Source of the DNA: Mobula hypostoma
Lineage: Eukaryota
Reading direction: 5' to 3'
DNA: 64,000 nucleotides
NCBI RefSeq assembly: GCF_963921235.1
Contig: NC_086097.1
Span: forward strand, 110,486,001-110,550,000
How positions within the stretch are numbered: position 1 is the first letter of the stretch; each line of letters begins with the position of its first letter. Positions 13,433 through 26,346 of this stretch are shown in pieces. Made by a program: the position numbers and the translations under genes. The notes beneath the pieces were generated by a model. The model saw only the letters and a list, made by a program, of their open reading frames with translations, searched no databases and was not told where the DNA came from.

Positions 13433-13644
13433 CCTTTCTTAAACCTAAATTCTACATATATAACCTCACTGGTGTTCCCACAAGAACATCATCTCTAAGT
13501 ATTTCAGTATCATACTCTCAAATCAAAAACACAACTCTCTTCCCCTGCTTGCATACACCCCTTTCAACCCTGTAGCATCTGAATCTAAACCAGTTTGATT
13601 ATCGCTGACATATGACCTTTTCCAATGCTGCCCCCTCAATGTGG

Positions 13645-13960
13645 ACTGCACAGTCGTGTAGCAGTTAGCACAATCCATTTATCAGCGATCAACGACCAGG
13701 GCTCAATTCCCACCGCTGTCTGTAAGGAGTTTGTACTTTCTCCCAGTGACCATGTGGGTTTCGTCTGGGTGCTCCGGTTTCCTCCCATGTTCCAAAGACA
13801 GGTTAAGTTAGAGATTCGCGGGCATGCTATTTTGGAGCCAGAGGCGTGGCAATATCTACGGGTTGCACAGCACATTCCCTGCTAATTAGATTTGACACAA
13901 ACAATGCATTTCACTGCATGTTTCAATGTACATATGACAAATAAAGCTAATTTTAAACTT
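13645..13960 (+). mobile_element. V-SINE/HE1-like SINE
   Basis: tRNA-like head (tagcagttagc...ggctcaattccc) and V-domain tgggtttcgtctgggtgctccggtttcctcccatgttccaaagac. Confidence 0.8.
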
Positions 13961-14201
13961 ACAGCATACCCTTTTAAAATCAAACCACCATGGATATGAA
14001 CAGCACAGAAAGAGGTCCCTTTAAGCCCACCCCATCCTTGCCAGCAGTGATGCCTATACATGCTAATCTCATTTGCCCATATGAGGGCCAAACCCTACTG
14101 TGCTCTTCCTAACTAATCCTAACTTTTAAACATTGTAATTGCCTCCACCACCTCATTCCAGATATTCACTGCCCTCTGAAAAAATGTACCTCTCAGAACT
14201 T

Positions 14202-14795
14202 CAAGCAACCCCCCAAAAATGCTGGTGGAACGCAGCAGGCCAGACAGCATCTATAGGAAGAAGTACAGTTGATGTTTCGGGCTGAGACCCTTCGTCAGGA
14301 CTAACTGAAAGAAGAGACAGTAAGAGATTTGAAAGTGGGAGCGGGAAATCCACAATGATAGGACAAGACAGGAGGGGGAACGGATGAAGCTAAGAGCTGG
14401 ACAGTTGATTGGCAAAAGGGATACAGAGTTGGAGAAGGGGTTGGATCATGGGACGGGAGGCCTAGGGAGAAAGAAAGGGGGAGGGGAGCCCAGAGGAAGA
14501 TGGAGAGCAGGCAAGTAGTGATTGTGAGATGGACAGAGAGAGAAGAAAAAAAAGGGGGGGAATAAAAATAAATAAGGGATGGGGTAAGAAGGGGAGGAGA
14601 AACACCACCTTATATTCTGTCTGGGTAGCCTCCAACCTGAGGGCATGAACATCGATTTCTCTAACTTCCGTTAATGCCCCTCCTCCCCTTCTTACCCCAT
14701 CCCTCCCACTTTCAAATCTCTTATGTCGATTGTACCTCTTCCTAGAGATGCTGCCTGGCCTGCTGATTTCACCAGCAACTTTGATGTGTGTTGCA
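14202..14795. mobile_element. Penelope-like fragment with inverted termini
   Basis: 14202-14600 is a PLE terminus on the minus strand (hammerhead core at 14266-14302). 14601-14795 is the GIY-YIG end plus an internally deleted terminus on the plus strand. Confidence 0.8.
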
Positions 14796-15984
14796 TTCTT
14801 ACTATCCTCTGCCTCCTATCAATAAGCCAATTCTGGATCCAGTTTGCCAAGACCTCAGATTCTTCCTGTCATGTTTTTGATACTCTATGTAAGGAAAAAG
14901 GATTTTCACTTGTCCACCCTATCTATACCACTCATAATCTCTATGAAGTAATCCCTCAGCCTCTTTCAATCCAAAACAAAAGAAGTTCAGCCTATCCAAT
15001 CTCTTCCCATTACCAAGATCTTTCAACTCCAGGAAACATCCTAGTCAATCTCCTCCATGCTGCCATCATGCATCACATCATTCCATACTCTAATGCCCAG
15101 AATTACACACAATACTCCAACTGCAACATCATGTCCCAGACTATGAAAGCACGACCTTCACCAACTTATCCACCTCTACTGCCACTTTCAGGAAATTATG
15201 GACTTTGACCCCTGGATCTTTCTATTCATCAACACCTCTTAGTACCTTACCATTTACTGTAATGTCCCACCTCTTCGTAAATTATGAGGGCAATCACTGG
15301 TGGCTGAACAAATTTCCAAGCTATCTTCTCTCCTTCTTGCCACAGGTTTTGCAATTGTTCTGTGATTCGCTCATGGTCTGAGATTCTTTTTAGTCAAAAT
15401 GTACCAAGGATCTTCAATAGGGCAGTTTAAATTGCATGTTCATATGGTAAGCATTGATTTAGACTTCAGTAGCAGCATAAAATTGTCATCACATGTCCTA
15501 CATGGTTTCCTTTATAACCAAAGCCAATCATTGTTGTGTACAATCACCAAGACCTACTTGTCCCCACCATGAGTAAATCATTTACCAGTCTTTCCCAACA
15601 CCTTAACAGCTATGTATTAGAGAAAAACAACGCATAGAAATTCGCTGTTATTAACAATTACTTCTTTTTGACTCCATGCACTGATTTTCTTCTCTCTCCT
15701 CTAATCCATATTAATTTGAAGTTACTTTCTTGACTGAGTTCCATCTCCCTTTTAATGTTGTTTTATGGCCAACCCAAACACTAGGAAGCCATTAAAAGTG
15801 GGCCACAGTGTCTCATTTCTCTCCCTCCAATCTGGAAAGCATTTGTACCCAGTCTATGTCAAAATTTGACTTTCTTATTAATATTCATATGAGGAATATG
15901 TGGCATATCCATGTCCTGTTGCCTTACACTGCACCTCCTCAATTCTGAATCAAAACCACCTAACACTTTCAGTAAGAGTTATAT

Positions 15985-17330
15985 ATAGTTTGATTGGGAC
16001 ACATCAGGACCAGTACATTTTGGCCCAATTCAGCGGCTGCCCGAAATAGCTGAAGTTTCATGGAAATAGTTAGAAATGTATAAGAAAGACAAACTGAATA
16101 ACAATTTACATATTTAAATGAAATACAGAAAAAAATAGATTGCTACAGTACTAAAAAACTGTGTATTAGTTTCTAATACAGTCGGCCCTCCTTATCCACG
16201 AGTTCCGCATGCGCAACTTCAACCAGCCGCGAATGGAGAAAACCCAGAAGTGCTCTTCCAGCACTTGTTGTTCGAGCATGTACAGACTTTTTTTTCTTGT
16301 CATTATTCCCTAAACAATGCAGTGTAACAACGATTTACATAGCATTTACATTGTATTAGGTATTATAAGTAACCTAAAGATGATTTAAAGTATACGGGAA
16401 GATGTGTGTAGGTTATCGTGGATCAGGATTGGAAAAAAAAGGAAGTTCTCTTACTAAGCAAGTCAGAACAGGTACATCTGATATTATTTAGCCTCAGTCA
16501 GTCAAATGTTTGTCTTAGTATATAGTATATATTTTACCTTTCTACGCATATAAAACACAAGAAACGTATGTTTCAGCGCCGGGCTCGGAAACGGAAATTC
16601 CCGAGTTTGATCCAGTGACAGTCTGCTCCCGAGCACACTGTCCATCCCTGCCGCGTTGATGCAGAGGATCAAAAACCCAAAACCCCAAAACCCAATAATA
16701 AACCACTGCGTTGCTTAGTAATAATTGTAGCTTTCATCGGGGCAGGGCCTGACCGATGGCGTTTCACCTCTTTCCGATCGCTTTATTATTTCCACTTTAT
16801 TTTAAATCGCGATCTTGATTATTTTTGTGAACAGAAACACTGCAGATTCAGAGCTCCGCCGCCGGGTTCTAATGCCCACCGCACTGAGACAGGTTAAATA
16901 AGGTCCGGGGTTCCGCTGGGTCCTGAGGTCCACCGCATCAAGACAGGTTGAATAACGGACTTGTGCATCCGCCTTTTCTCGTATCCGCGAGGGGTCCCAG
17001 AACCAATCCCTCGCGGATAAAGAGGGCCAACTGTACTGTACTTAACAACATAGGAATTCCTCTGTATCACATCATTTGAACTGTAAATGAACAAAATCAA
17101 TGCAGACATCAGGTGCAACTGCCTTCAAGTAATGCAGTCATCCTCCAAACAGCCTCACAAGTGCACATGACTTAAGCAGTTTGCCAACAGTCTCCTGTCC
17201 CAATTAAGCAACATAGTGTCCCAGATAAATGAAGGGAATCCCAGCTATTTTCTTAATATGGTTTTGTTCTTCGAGCGTTATCCCAAATAAGCAGCTGCCC
17301 CGATGGCCCAATTAATGGGAATGCACAGTA
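15985..17330. mobile_element. Non-autonomous Tc1/pogo(Tigger)-like DNA element, decayed, hosting a second MITE
   Basis: Subterminal repeats ggcccaatt/gcggctgccc near both ends and a right end attaatgggaatgcacagta. The left TIR is degraded. Confidence 0.6.
16179..17033. mobile_element. Tigger/pogo-type MITE (MER2-like), 855 bp
   Basis: TIRs cagtcggccctccttatccacgag and ctcgcggataaagagggccaactg. TA target duplication at 16177-16178 and 17034-17035. Confidence 0.9.
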
Positions 17331-18137
17331 CTTTACTCTGTCAATTGTACAAAAACTCAGTTCATCCAATATATAAGTTCACTGGATAAGCTGAATGTTG
17401 CAGCTGACATTCATTGGCTCAGATACTAATCTGTTGTTAATTGTTAAGAAAAAACATCTGAGCATTGTGAAATAAGTCTAGACGATAGATGCCAGCTCTC
17501 CAAGTGTAGGAAAGCACAAGAAGGTAATTTAAAAGTACTGATTCATTTTTCATTTATTTTGACATTCACATCAAACACTTCTCAACAGCTGGAAATTCAG
17601 CCTAGAAATTCAGCACTGTTGGCACTAAAGTGGCACTGCATAGGACACTGTGTGACTTGGTCCACCATGCAGAGGATTTTCAAGAATGGTTTCCATGCAA
17701 TGTTTTCAGGGCAAAGGTTAAGCAATGCCATCTAACCTTTCTGGTAATACACTACACATACCAGTAGGGTCATTTCAGGAGTCCCAGCCACCACAGAATC
17801 ACTGAAATCTAAGGAGCTGGTTTTAAAAAAAGCTGATTTGTCCACTAATTCTTAATTTGTACCCTTGTTGGTCACCGCAAATGCAACATGCTGGTTGTTT
17901 TTATATACTTGATGATAGCTTCTACCCCCACCATTCTATCAAGCCATGAGCAACAGTATCTCATCTCTTGCCAGCGGAAAAAACTCATCCAAACCTCTTA
18001 GTACCTTAATTATATGATCCATGTGCTGAAGGAAATAAGTTGCTCCTGTTCATCCCACTGCGGCTTCCCATAATTTCATACATCACATTTCTCCTCCACT
18101 TCTGCGGTATAGACAACTCCACCCAAGTCACTCACTC

Positions 18138-18420
18138 GGGCGGCTTGGTAGCATGGTGGTTCGCATAACATTTTACAGTACCTGTGACCCAGGTTCAATT
18201 CCCACCCCTGCCTGTAAGGAGCTTGTATGTTCTCCCCATGACCGCGTTATTTTCCTCTGGGTGCTACGGTTTCCTCCCACAGTCCAAGACATACCAGTTG
18301 GCAGGTTAATTCGTCAGTGTAAATTGAACTGTGATTAGGCTAGGATTAAATCGTGGGATTACTGGGCGGTGCAGCTTGAAGGGCCAGAAGGGCCTATTGT
18401 ATCTCAATAAATAAATAAAA
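18138..18420 (+). mobile_element. V-SINE/HE1-like SINE, near full length
   Basis: tRNA-like head with B-box-like ggttcaattccc, V-domain, and (taaa)n tail. Confidence 0.85.
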
Positions 18421-21400
18421 ACCATTGCCAAAGTCTTATTGTAGATGGCTAGGCTAGGAATATATACAAAATATCATTGCAAGCATCTTCTTTAGCATTC
18501 CTAGTGCTGTCATCCCTTACATTGGATAACCACAAATGTATACACTAGTCTAACAGTGAATTGCTAGTATGTTAAACATTGGGTTCCTTAATGTGTAGCA
18601 TCAATTTCTATTCAATTTGTTTAATCTTTGGTAAAACCAGTTACAAAACCTCAAAGAACTAATCACGTTTTAATCTCTGTACTAAATTAGAAGTGTGCAA
18701 TAATAACTTACAGACACATCTAGACATTGCATGACTATTTATAGAACATAATACAACAGAGGAACTTGCCTTTAACTCAAGATGTTGTATCAAACTAATT
18801 CAGCTAACAAATTCTGCCTGTACATCCCCCCAATCTCCACATTCTCATGTGCCTATCCGAGAACTTCACCAACTCAATTCTTTCATATTTAAATATACAT
18901 TCACCTTTCCCTTTTTGCCTCATTTAGGCTTCTATTCTCCTGGCCATTTTCAGCACTGTCATGCCACTGATTAGCATATACTACAGATAAACAAGTTAGG
19001 TCTCTATGAGACCTATGTAATGATTCTGAAAGCCACATATCAAGTGAAAGAAAATGCAAGTACTACAAGCACAGAGTCTCATCAGTTTTTTTTAGCATTA
19101 AGCAGTTCTACAGCATGTTCTGGCTCTTGGATTTTATCCCTTATATGATGAAGGCAAATATCCTAATACCTTCTTCAAAGTTCAATGTTTGAAGTAAATT
19201 TATTATCAAATTACATACAAGTCGCAACCCTGAGATTCATGTTCTTGCAGCCATTCTCAATAAGTCCATAATAGAATCAATGAACGACCGCATAAACTGA
19301 GTGTTCAGCCAGTGTGCAAAAGACAACAGACTGTGCAAATACAAAAAGAAAGAAATAATAATAACAAATAAATTAGCAATAAAGATTGAGAACATGAAAT
19401 GGAGTCCTTGGAAGTGAGTCGATTGGTTGAGGGAATATTTCAATGATGGGGCAAGTGAAGTTGTCCGCTTTGGTTCAAAAGCCTGATGGTTGAGGGGCAG
19501 TAATTGTTCTTAACCACTGTATCTAGTTACCTGGTGCTCCACAGCATACTCCTGAGCTTTCTCTGCTTCTCTCCGCTCTTCAGTAGCCTAGCCTTGATAG
19601 TTTTCTATAGTTGAATGTCTTCTTTCTTATCATCATCCAAATGGTTAATTTTTGAATTATTGACTAATCTCTCCATCATACTTCCATTTTAGCTTTCACT
19701 TGTTAAATTTGTTCACAGACCCTGGGCATTGCTGGTAACATTGATAGTTGTTGTTGTTAGAGTCATATATTCATATGGAATAGAAACTGCAAGATTGGCC
19801 GCTGTGAACATACTGCTCACCAAGAACCTTCCCAAATGAAGTCCAATTCCCAGCACTCAACATGTGGTCTCCTATCTCTTGGCTTTTCACGTGCTAAGCT
19901 AACAGCAAGGGATCATCTTAGTCACTTCTTTTGTGATAGCAAGATACTGTTGGACATTGTCAATGTGGAACACTACAAGCTTAATTCACTGGTTTATTGA
20001 TGGATGGGCGAGGAGTTGCGTGGCCTCCATTATAAGTGAGGATCAGGGCTCAAGCTGCGGTGTTGCCTGTTTACACCCGCCCAGGAGAGCCAGAGTAGTC
20101 GGAGTCAGTGTGCTCCAGCAGTGTGCCAGAGGCAATGTGGCCCAGCATCCATGCTAGTGTCAGTACTGCCCCCCAGTGTTTTCTCAGCAAGACAAGCCAT
20201 ACTCTGTTTGATTGAAGCCTGCTGCAACATTCATGGATTCAAGGACTTGGACTATTCTTTTGCGTGACTATACTTTATTGCTATCTATATACCTTATATA
20301 GTATGTATTTTGTGCTGTGTATGACTGTTGGTTCTGTGTTTCGCACTTTGGCCTCAGAGTAGTGCTGCTTTGTTTGTCTGTATTCATGGATGTTCATGCA
20401 TGGTTGAATGACAATTAAACTTGACCTTCTAAAAGTTATGAGAGTACCTGCCTCCACCATCTTCTCAGGCACTGAGTTTCATGTTTAACCAGGCTACGGG
20501 TAAAAAAAAACTCTCCAAGACGCCTCCAAATCTCCTTCCTCTTGCCTTTCACCTATAAACTCTGATCATAGATTTCTTTGATACGCGGAAAAAAAAAACA
20601 AACCCAGCCTGTCCATTCTGTCCTGATTGCTCTGATTGCTGAAATGCTTCATGCCATGAAACACCCTGGGAAATTAACCTCCTCTGCGTGCACCCTTTCC
20701 AGTGCAATCTCATCCTTATTTGTCCATCCCTAAATGCCTTTGAGTCAAAGAGATTGGTTAGTCTGGTGTCATCTATGAGACAGACTAGGTAAAGGTGACT
20801 GATTTCCATCTTTGAATTATATTGGTGATCCATTTGGGTGTTTGCAACAATCTGGTGCTTCATGGTTACCATTAAGGAAATTAACTTTAATAAATCCAAA
20901 TGTAATTAAGAACATTAATTTAAACTCCTTGAGTTGATTGGCTAAAAATCATGTCTCAGGATCTTGATCCAGAACTCTGACTGTTAGACAAATAACTTAC
21001 TATGATTCTAATTCAGAGCACTGGCTGATGTATACTTACTGACATTGCCTTATAATTACTCACGTAAAACACAAAAAGCAAAGGACTTCCCAATAAAATT
21101 GTGGACCCCCACTACAAAAGCTTTGCAGCCACCTATTGGCCATTAACCTTTCTTCCCACCACTGAGCCAATTTTACACTGAACAGAGTGTAGAGAAGATT
21201 CAATAGGATGAGGTCCGGTTGGACCAACATAAACTATTTGTTGAGGCAATAACTTGATTCTGATGTAAAGACACTTAGTGCATGCAGCACCAAACACAAA
21301 TATAAATCAGAAGTTCAGAATGTTTTACAAACTCAAGGCCTAGAAAATAACAGAAAAATTAACCACCAAACAAACTATCAAGTCCCACATCAGCACTCCG

Positions 21401-21492
21401 CAATTATTAAATATATGATAAACCTGACAGCAGAATTAGAAAATAAAACAAAAATGAGACAGATGTAATTACTGACAGTCCTGTATACTCAC

Positions 21493-21600
21493 CACAGCCT
21501 CCTGGACTAGAAAGATATCTGCTCCATTTGTAAAGAGCCTGCTAGGAATCAAAATTTGGACAGCCAGACCAGGTGCACTGCTTGGGCCCATGTTTATAAC
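21493..21600 (-). CDS. ITGA9: Integrin alpha-9 internal coding exon (108 nt, phase 0/0): VINMGPSSAPGLAVQILIPSRLFTNGADIFLVQEAV
   Basis: Acceptor ccttcattattttattgaag and donor GTG|gtgagt. Carries the integrin calf-2 NxGPS motif and matches recalled human ITGA9 VYNTGPSTLPGSSVSISFPNRLSSGGAEMFHVQEMV. Confidence 0.93.
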
Positions 21601-23759
21601 CTTCAATAAAATAATGAAGGAAAAATAAGGCATTGTTAATCCTTTATAAATAAATAAATTATGTTACACACGGCAGCAGGAGATCCAGGCTTAATGGTAA
21701 AAGTCTGGTTTGATGGTACAACACACAATATTTATGCTTCCCTTCGAAGTGTAGTGTAAAAATCTTAGATTATCTTGCCATCTCAGAGCTCCTTCAGAAG
21801 GTCATTTTTCAATGTGGAGGCTTGGTTCAAGAGAAATTTCCAATAAATCATTTTTCTTCTCTAGGGAACATTAACATATGAACTCTTATTTCTCTCACTG
21901 TGATAACAATTTCCAAGCCTTAAGAGAGATGGTACATGCTTTTTCTTTTTCTCTCTCTTGTTTATTCTCTATATGCTTTCAGGCTACAAATTCCAAATGG
22001 GGACCAAGGCACTGCAGGGATATAACAAAAGTCAACTTTCTGTCGGTTCTAATTACAGAAGAGAAAAGAGAGGCACAATGGGGAAGCCAGCTGAGCTGCT
22101 ATCTTACGGCTCCAGAAACCAGTCTCCACAGCTATATGTGAGGCAAGGGGCAGAACATAAAAGTGTTGATGGGAATTTGATGAACAAAAACTGGAATGTA
22201 TGGAGTTAGTGTTAATGGGTGCTTGATGTTTGGCATGGTCTTGTGAACCAAAGGGACTATTTTTGTGTGGTGTGACACAATCACACTAAATACAAACGTT
22301 TGTACAATCGTCATTCAATTTATTTCCTGAGTAATGCTGCTTGTCTCTCAAGCTTAAACCCCACCTTAGAATGAGTCCACATGGAGGCCATTTTAGGTTT
22401 CCTGACGGAAAATAAGCATATTATTTCGATATAACATCACTTGAAAATTCTGGCTGGAAGTTCACTAAAATCAATACAAAATGTTACTGATTCTTGAAAG
22501 GCATTTGATGGTCTCAACTGTATAAACACAAGCACAACTATTTGATGCATTCCCTTGATGTGGCCCCACAAGTTACCCATGCTATAATACATGAATCCCA
22601 TGGGGTGAGTTTCTTACCACTTCAGTAAAACACAAAATAGACACAGTAGAAAATAAGTGAAAGGGGCTGTTACCTTAGAACTTGACTAGAAGTTGATTTT
22701 GGTGAACATCCAGCCAAAACTGATGCTCAAATGTTCAAAACATGCCGCAGTGCAAAAGGTGAAACTTGACAACTTTACAATGTTACCATGAAAGAGCCAA
22801 TTATATAAACACTTGAAGAAGTGTACCAGAGTTCAAAAATAATATCACTGCAAAATAAATCTTCAGGAAAAGATTCTTCTATAATTTACAGTAAGACTGA
22901 TTCCAGGAGCAGAATGATTCAAGACAGCTGTCAAAGGAACATTACCTTTAGACTGATGTAAATGAAAGCTGTCACTAGGGCTCAGAAGTAAGAGATTTGG
23001 AAGAGAAAAAGTTCTTGGTATCTAAATATATTTGCTTAAAGGGATGATTTATACCACAAGTGCTTGTAGATTAAGACTGTACATCCCTGCCAAGAAGTTG
23101 TACTAACTCAGAACGTATATTAAGAAACAGACTCTGATCAAAATAATTCCAAGTATCCGGGACGTTTAAAGGCTTTGCAGGACTCAATCAGAAGAGAATG
23201 TAGTGAATGTAGTGTACTACAAGCTAAGTCTACCCAAGCTTCTGGCCTTTTAGGAAACAATACTATTTAACACATCATTTGCAGTAATTGAAGTATTTTC
23301 TTTAAAGCAGTACATTCTCACAGTTCTCTTAGGTCATGCTGCTGCACAGTAATTTTACACATTTTCCTGGGCTTCCCTTTACCACTTACCATTTCTTAAC
23401 CTCGGAGGTCTGAACCATAGAGTCAGAGTATTACAACAAGGAAACAGGCCACTCGACCCAACTCATCCGGCCAACCAAGTGCCTAGCGAAACGAGTCCCA
23501 TTCACCCCATTTGGCGTGATGCTGTTACAGCTCAGAGTGTTCCAGAGTTCAGAGTTCAGTTCTGGCGCCATTCTGTAAGGAGTCCGCATGTTCCCCACCT
23601 CCCCCAGCTCCCATGGAATGCCTGGGTTTTCCCCGGGTGCTCTGGTTTCCGCCCACAGTCCACAGATGTACTGGATAGGCTAATTGTAAATTTGTCTATT
23701 GTCCCGTGTTAATCAGGTTTGCTGGGAGTTGCTGGGGTGATGTGGGTCGAAGTGTCAGA

Positions 23760-24120
23760 CTTAATATCACTGGCATACGTTGTTATTAAACGTGAAATTT
23801 ATTGTCTTTGCAGCAGCGGTACATTGCAATAGATAATGATAGAGGGAAAAAATGTGAATTACAGTTAAATTATGTAAGTAGTACAAAAATAGAAATAAAA
23901 AAGTAGTGAGGTAGTGTTCATGAGTTCAATATCCATTCAGAAACCGGTTGGCAGAGGGGAAGAAACTGCCCCAGTATAGCTGAGTGTGTGCCTTCAGGCT
24001 CCTGTGCCTTCTCCCTGAAGGTAACAGTGAGAACAAGGCCCAGCCTGGGTGATGGGAGTCCTTAATGATGGGCGCCACCTTTTTGAGGCATTGCTCCTTG
24101 AAGGTGACTGGGATACTACA
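23760..24120 (-). mobile_element. Rex1/Babar-type LINE 3' end
   Basis: ORF 23926..24192: CLKKVAPIIKDSHHPG.ALFSLLPSGRR.RSLK..T.....SFFPSA.R.LN. Confidence 0.8.
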
Positions 24121-24452
24121 CTGTGCTATATCGCTAAATAAATAACGAGGTAACAGATAAGATGAATGATTACATACTTTTCCCCAGGACAAGGGAGTCT
24201 AAAACTGGAGCATATTTATTTAAGGTGAGAGGGAGGGGACCTGATGGGCATTTTTTTTTCTACACAGACGGTGGATTGTATTTGAAACAAGCTGCCAGAG
24301 GAAATGGTAGAGGGAAGTACAATTACAATGTTTAAAAGCCATTCGGATGGGTGGATGGGTAGATGGGTAGGAGGGACAAGGGATCATATTTGATCTCTTT
24401 AATATACTCATCTGAGGTAACTCAGTGAAGCAACCAACTGAGGGGAATCTGT

Positions 24453-24756
24453 AAACACAAAATAATCTGCAGATGCTGGGGTCAAAGCAACACTCACAAC
24501 ACGCTGGAGGAACTCAGCAGGTCGGGCAGCATCCGTGAAAACAATCGATTGACGTTTCAGGCTGGAACCCTTCGTCAGGACTGTAGAGGGAAGGGGCAGA
24601 GGCCCTATAAAGAAGGTGGGGGGAGGGTGGGAAGGACAAGATAGGGCCTCTGCCCCTTCCCTCTACAGTCCTGACGAAGGGTTCCAGCCCGAAACGTCGA
24701 CCGATCTTTTCCACGGATGCTGCCCAACCTGCTGAGTTCCTCCAGCGTGTTGTGAG
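24453..24756. mobile_element. Fold-back Penelope-like mini-insertion with 14-bp TSD and two hammerhead motifs
   Basis: TSD tgaggggaatctgt at 24439-24452 and 24757-24770. Inverted arms at about 24490-24608 and 24641-24758. Confidence 0.9.
24666..24703 (+). ncRNA. Minimal type-I hammerhead ribozyme motif (PLE-associated)
   Basis: cagtc-CTGACGA-a-GGGttccagCCC-GAAAC-GTC-gaccg. Stem I gtc/gac; predicted cleavage after C24698. A mirror copy lies on the minus strand at 24546-24583. Confidence 0.65.
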
Positions 24757-25799
24757 TGAGGGGAATCTGTGGCAGCTGTTTTCTAATCCATAAAACTGTA
24801 GCTAGAAACTTAAACCGAGCTCCTCAAAGGTCTGTGTGGACAAACAGCATGGGTCTTCAGCCACTTTTAATCTCCAAATACGGACCAGTGCCATCTGCAA
24901 ATATAACACCCTGTCAAATTAAGGATGGGAAGTGGGCATTTCGCTGGTTGGGGCCTACAGACAATGCTTACATATGTCATTAGAGGCTTTTAAGAGACGT
25001 TTCGATAGGCGCATGAATGTGAGGAAGATGGAGGGATACGGGCAATTTGTAGGTAGGAGGGATTAGATTTTGGGGGGTTTTGATTTACTGTTTAGTTGCT
25101 TCAGCTCAGCACTGTGGGTCGAAGGGCTTGCTCGCGTTCTCTGTTCTTCCACTTCTTACTGTCTCTATATAACACCAAGAACAGTTCCATTTCTTGATCT
25201 TCATTACTAAGATCCTTCCCCTCTATTACTTTTACCATATTTATTATGTCAGGACTTATCAACTTCCTCTTCCTTTTTGCTATCCTGGAATATTTATTTC
25301 CCAAATGTGGCCAGATAGCAACAATGTCCCTGTAACAGCTATTAACTTTAACTCATCTATTTCTATTTGTGCCTTAAGTGGACCTACATTCTGTGAATTC
25401 TAAATACACTCAAATAAAGGACCTTCAGTTACGTCTTTTTTATATACTATTTTTCTTTTCTCTGACTCTTATTCGAGTACAACATAATGTGAGGAGAACC
25501 AGAAAATCCTGGATGAACTCAGCATGTCAAGCAATATTTCTTACTTGCTGATTTTTTTTATTGCTTTGCTTTTATTGCAGATTTCTATCATCTAAAGTTT
25601 TATTACTTTCCCTATGCATATTGTCCCTTCATGACAGATTAATATATAATGACCCTGCACTGTCACTTTATCCTTTCGTATAAAGTTTAATTTTTTTTCT
25701 TACCAAAACCTGCCACTAATGGTTTAGCCCTAACATAGCTTAATTATTTGATTCCATTCACATTACGCAATGCTGCAAGGTCCAGTGACTGGAGCAACT

Positions 25800-26203
25800 G
25801 CATAACTGGACTGTGAGAATGGCCAAGACGATCACAGGGGTTTACCTACTGTCCATCGCAGTCATTTATCAGGAGTGTTTTTAGTTTTGTCAAGGATCCC
25901 ACCCATCCATCCAACATCCTCTTGACATTTTACCATCAGGCAGGAGACACCAATGCATGAAGACAAGAACAGGCAGGATGGGAAACAGCTTCTTCCCTCA
26001 AGCCATTAGGCTTCTGAACTCCCCACCACATCGCATTCAAAGCGTCAACCTGCAATATTTACTTTATGTACATTACTTTGTTTATCTATTCGCAGATTTA
26101 ATTCCTACTTTCCAAAGTTATTGTGTGTTATGTGTACTAACGTGCTTTACACCCTGGTCCGGAGAACTGTCTTGTATATAGTTAAATAACAATAAACTTA
26201 ACC
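25800..26203 (+). mobile_element. Rex1/Babar-type LINE 3' end
   Basis: KDP.HP....LPSGRR...MKTRTGRMGNSFFPQAIRLLN and a tail ending aataaactt, about 35 bp from an ITGA9 splice donor. Confidence 0.75.
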
Positions 26204-26237
26204 TGACAGGATCTAAGTTGTGGTTCAGATGATTCAC

Positions 26238-26346
26238 CTGAAATGTCAAGTTGAATGGTTGAAAGAAACAGGACATATCTTCCATCTGAATAAATTTTGA
26301 AGCATCCACTGAATCACCATAAAGGAAGGAAGCTGGAGAAATAGAC
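26238..26346 (-). CDS. ITGA9: Integrin alpha-9 internal coding exon (109 nt, phase 2/0): (G)SISPASFLYGDSVDASKFIQMEDMSCFFQPFNLTFQ
   Basis: Acceptor ctttatttctctccaaaatag and donor CAG|gtgaat. Matches recalled human ITGA9 GIMSPTSFVYGESVDAANFIQLDDLECHFQPINITLQ, including the Cys and the N-x-T sequon. Overlaps track ORF 26118..26309. Confidence 0.95.
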
